Part shown: in pieces, positions 61,101 to 64,000 of the stretch
Position numbering within the stretch: the first letter of the stretch is position 1
How the letters are laid out: each line of letters begins with the position of its first letter
Assembly: GCF_009914755.1 (NCBI RefSeq)
Contig: NC_060937.1
Strand: one strand, 5' to 3'
Length of the DNA stretch: 64,000 nucleotides
Origin: the human T2T-CHM13v2.0 reference genome, Homo sapiens
The notes under the pieces: model-generated
The model's input: the letters and a program-made list of their open reading frames with translations, nothing else
Database searches by the model: none
What the model was told of the DNA's origin: nothing
Program-made: the position numbers and the translations under genes

Positions 61101-64000
61101 GTACATAAAATATGAAAGTACTTCAAATATAGATTATATACTGTACATAAAATATCAATGTACCCCAAATATATATTTTATACTCTACATGAAATATCAA
61201 AGTTCACAAACCATATATTATATACTGTACATAAAATATCAAAGTACCCAAGGTATATATTCTATACTGTACAAAAAATATCAAAGTACCCAAAGCATGT
61301 ATTATATACTGTACATAAAATATGAAAGTACATCAAATATATATTTTATTCTGTACATAAAATATCAAAGTACACCAGATATATATTCTATAGTGTACAT
61401 AAAATATCAAAGTACCCAAACTATACATTATATACTGTACATAAAATATGAAATTACATCAAATATATATTATATTAGGTACATAAAATATGAAAGTACA
61501 TCAAATATAGATTATATACTGTACATTAAATACCAAAGTACCCCAAATATATATTTTATACTGTACATGAAATATCAAAGTTCACAAACCATATATTATA
61601 TACTGTACATAAAATATCAAAGTACCCAAGGTATATATTCTATACTGTACAAAAAATATCAAAGTACCCCAAATATATATTATATACTCTACATGAAATA
61701 TCAAAGTTCACAAACTATATATTATATACTGTACATAATACATCAAAATACCCAAGGTATATATTCTATACTGTACAAAAAATATCAAAGTACCCAAAGC
61801 ATGTATTATATACTGTATATAAAATATGAAAGTTCATCAAATATATATTTTATTCTGTACATAAAATATCAAAGTACACCAGATATATATTCTATAGTGT
61901 ACATAAAATAACAAAGTACACAAACTATAAATTATATACTGTACATAAAATATGAAACTACATCAAATATATATTAGGTACATAAAATATGACAGTACAT
62001 CAAATATAGATTATATACTGTACATATAATATCAATGTACCCCAAATATATATTTAATACTCTACATGAAATATCAAAGTTCACAAACCATATATTATAT
62101 ACTGTACATAAAATATCAAAGTACCCAAGGTATATATTCTATACTGTACAGAAAATATCAAAGTACCCAAAGCATGTATTATATACTGTACATAAAATAT
62201 GAAAGTACATCAAACATATATTTTATTCTGTACATAAAATATCAAAGTACACCAGATATATATTCTTTAGTGTACATAAAATATCAAAGTACCCAAACTA
62301 TACATTATATACTGTACATAAAATATGAAATTACATCAAATATATATTAGGTACATAAAATATGAAAGTACATCAAATATAGATTATATACTGTACATAA
62401 AATATCAAAGTACCCCAAATATATATTATATACTCTACATGAAATATCAAAGTTCACAAACTATATATTATATACTGTACATAAAATATCAAAGTACCCA
62501 AGGTATATATTCTATACTGTACAAAAAATATCAAAGTACCCAAAGCATGTATTATATACTGTACATAAAATATGAAAGTACATCAAATATATATTTTATT
62601 CTGTACATAAAATATCAAAGTACACCAGATATATATTCTATAGTGTACATAAAATAACAAAGTACACAAACTATAAATTATATACTGTACATAATATATG
62701 AAATTACATCAAATATATATTAGGTACATAAAATATGAATGTACATCAAATATAGATTATATACTGTACATATAATATCAATGTACCCCAAATATATATT
62801 TTATACTCTACATGAAATATCAAAGTTCACAAACCATATATTATATACTGTACATAAAATATCAAAGTACCCAAGGTATATATTCTATACTGTACAGAAA
62901 ATATCAAAGTACCCAAAGCATGTATTATATACTGTACATAAAATATGAAAGTACATCAAATATATATTTTATTCTTTACATAAAATACCAAACTACACCA
63001 GATATATATTCTATAGTGTACATAAAATAACAAAGTACACAAACTATAAATTATATACTGTACATAAAATATGAAATTACATCAAATATATATTAGGTAC
63101 ATAAAATATGAAAGTACATCAAATATAGATTATATACTGTACATAAAATATCAATGTACCCCAAATATATATTTTATACTCTACATGAAATATCAAAGTT
63201 CACAAACCATATATTATATACTGTACATAAAATATCAAAGTACCCAAGGTATATATTCTATACTGTACAAAAAATATCAAAGTACCCAAAGCATGTATTA
63301 TATACTGTACATAAAATATGAAAGTACACCAAATATATATTTTATTCTGTACATAAAATATCAAAGTACACCAGATATATATTCTATAGTGTACATAAAA
63401 TATCAAAGTACCCAAACTATACATTATATACTGTACATAAAATATGAAATTACATCAAATCTATATTAGGTACATAAAATATGAAAGTACATCAAATATA
63501 GATTATATACTGTACATAAAATATCAATGTACAACTAATATATATTTTATACTCTACATGAAATATCAAAGTTCACATACTATATATTATATAATGTACA
63601 TAAAATATCAAAGTACCCAAGGTATATATTCTATACTGTACAAAAAATATCAAAGTACCCAAAGCATGTATTATATACTGTACATAAAATATGAAAGTAC
63701 ATCAAATATATATTTTATTCTGTACATAAAATATCAAAGTACACCAGATATATATTCTATAGTGTACATAAAATATCAAAGTACCCAAACTATACATTAT
63801 ATACTGTACATAAAATATGAAATTACATCAAATATATATTATATTAGGTACATAAAATATGAAAGTACATCAAATATAGATTATATACTGTACATTAAAT
63901 ACCAAAGTACCCCAAATATATATTTTATACTGTACATGAAATATCAAAGTTCACAAACCATATATTATATACTGTACATAAAATATCAAAGTACCCAAGG
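49200..64000. repeat. Sub-domain C: 373-bp-rich units with a distinct variant set
   Basis: Private words gaaactacatcaaat...atgacagtac, atatctgagtacc, gtacctgaaat, acattaaagat and tgtacaactaat occur here. The 3-bp-deletion variant of domain B was not noticed. Confidence 0.8.
50050..56570. repeat. Duplication at offset 3740 bp (10 units: 8x373 + 2x378); second copy partial
   Basis: ORF pairs 50203/53943, 50954/54694, 51327/55067, 51586/55326, 52000/55740, 52332/56072 and 52705/56445 are all offset by 3740. Confidence 0.92.

Larger units (their letters stand above)
1..64000. repeat. Human satellite 1A (HSat1A / SAR / classical satellite I) tandem array, 42-bp monomer
   Basis: Seen: a continuous 42-bp period (14-aa period in the ORF track) with consensus ctgtacataaaatatcaaagtacccaaactatatattatata. 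GTAC sites alternate 17 and 25 bp apart, the sequence is very AT-rich, and there is no unique sequence. Established: classical human satellite I is a 42-bp repeat of alternating 17- and 25-bp RsaI fragments. Chromosome and exact primate species cannot be determined from the window. Confidence 0.95.
1..64000. repeat. 378-bp 9-monomer higher-order repeat (about 170 copies)
   Basis: Nine monomer types recur in fixed order, with diagnostic words gaaattacatc...taggtac, atagattat, gtaccccaaat, agttcacaaac, cccaaggtat, aaagcatgt, attttattctg, caccagatat...tagtgtac and aaactatacatt. The 'atgaaattac' anchor recurs 378 bp apart in full-length units (e.g. 392, 770, 1148; 3763, 4141, 4519). Confidence 0.97.

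Noticed and set aside
904-63424. Short minus-strand ORFs (71-78 aa)
   Set aside because: They are chance stop losses in repeat units and are useful only as duplication markers.
22-63469. Many + strand ORFs (up to 431 aa at 41694-42989) encoding Tyr/Ile/Lys-rich 14-aa repeats
   Set aside because: 42 and 378 are multiples of 3 and one consensus frame lacks stops. ORFs start and end at recurrent indels (5, 3 and 1 bp) and TAA/TAG variants that are themselves amplified, which indicates no coding constraint. There is no recognisable domain.
1-64000. CRISPR-like repeat/spacer appearance (constant core plus variable segment)
   Set aside because: The variable segments are nine homologous types cycling in fixed order rather than unique spacers, and there are no cas genes or leader.
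1-64000. TATA-box-like words (TATATAAAA in 'tgtatataaaat') and forkhead-like GTAAATA variants
   Set aside because: These are expected in roughly 80% AT sequence, and there is no other promoter context to support a call.
1-64000. Alpha satellite, CENP-B box, HSat1B, HSat2/3
   Set aside because: There is no 171-bp period, no CENP-B box, no Alu-derived segment and no CATTC pentamers.
1-64000. Inversion or transposable-element insertion
   Set aside because: All monomers read in the same orientation and no non-satellite sequence was seen. A very short insertion could have been missed by eye.
1-64000. Short palindromes (TGTACA, TATATA) as hairpins or terminators
   Set aside because: They are too short and AT-rich for stable stems, and are intrinsic to the monomer.

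Overview
The whole 64 kb window is one uninterrupted, single-orientation, AT-rich tandem satellite. The 42-bp consensus monomer (ctgtacataaaatatcaaagtacccaaactatatattatata) is about 21% GC and has two GTAC/RsaI sites that cut it into 17+25 bp pieces. This matches classical human satellite I / HSat1A (RepeatMasker 'SAR'), found in primate pericentromeric and acrocentric heterochromatin. Nine distinguishable monomers form a 378-bp higher-order unit, with about 170 units in the window. I label the monomers by their translation: m1 YEITSNI, m2 YESTSNID, m3 YQSTPNI, m4 YQSSQTI, m5 YQSTQGI, m6 YQSTQSM, m7 YESTSNIYF, m8 YQSTPDI, m9 YQSTQTI. Length variants of 373, 370 and 375 bp occur, along with whole-monomer gains and losses. 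Shared private variants reveal nested duplications (offsets 1301, 1872/3744, 2255, 2747, 3038, 3740, 4510, 6186, 6999, 9087, 9116 and 17081-17836 bp) and at least three sub-domains. I see no gene, RNA gene, transposon insertion, inversion or CRISPR array, and all ORFs are artefacts of a stop-free frame in the repeat. The most interesting hypothesis, which is inference only, is that the + strand carries a Pumilio response element (UGUAHAUA) in 5-6 of every 9 monomers. A sense transcript could therefore act as an extremely multivalent NORAD-like PUM1/2 sponge. Coordinates and offsets were read by eye and from the ORF track, so boundaries are approximate.
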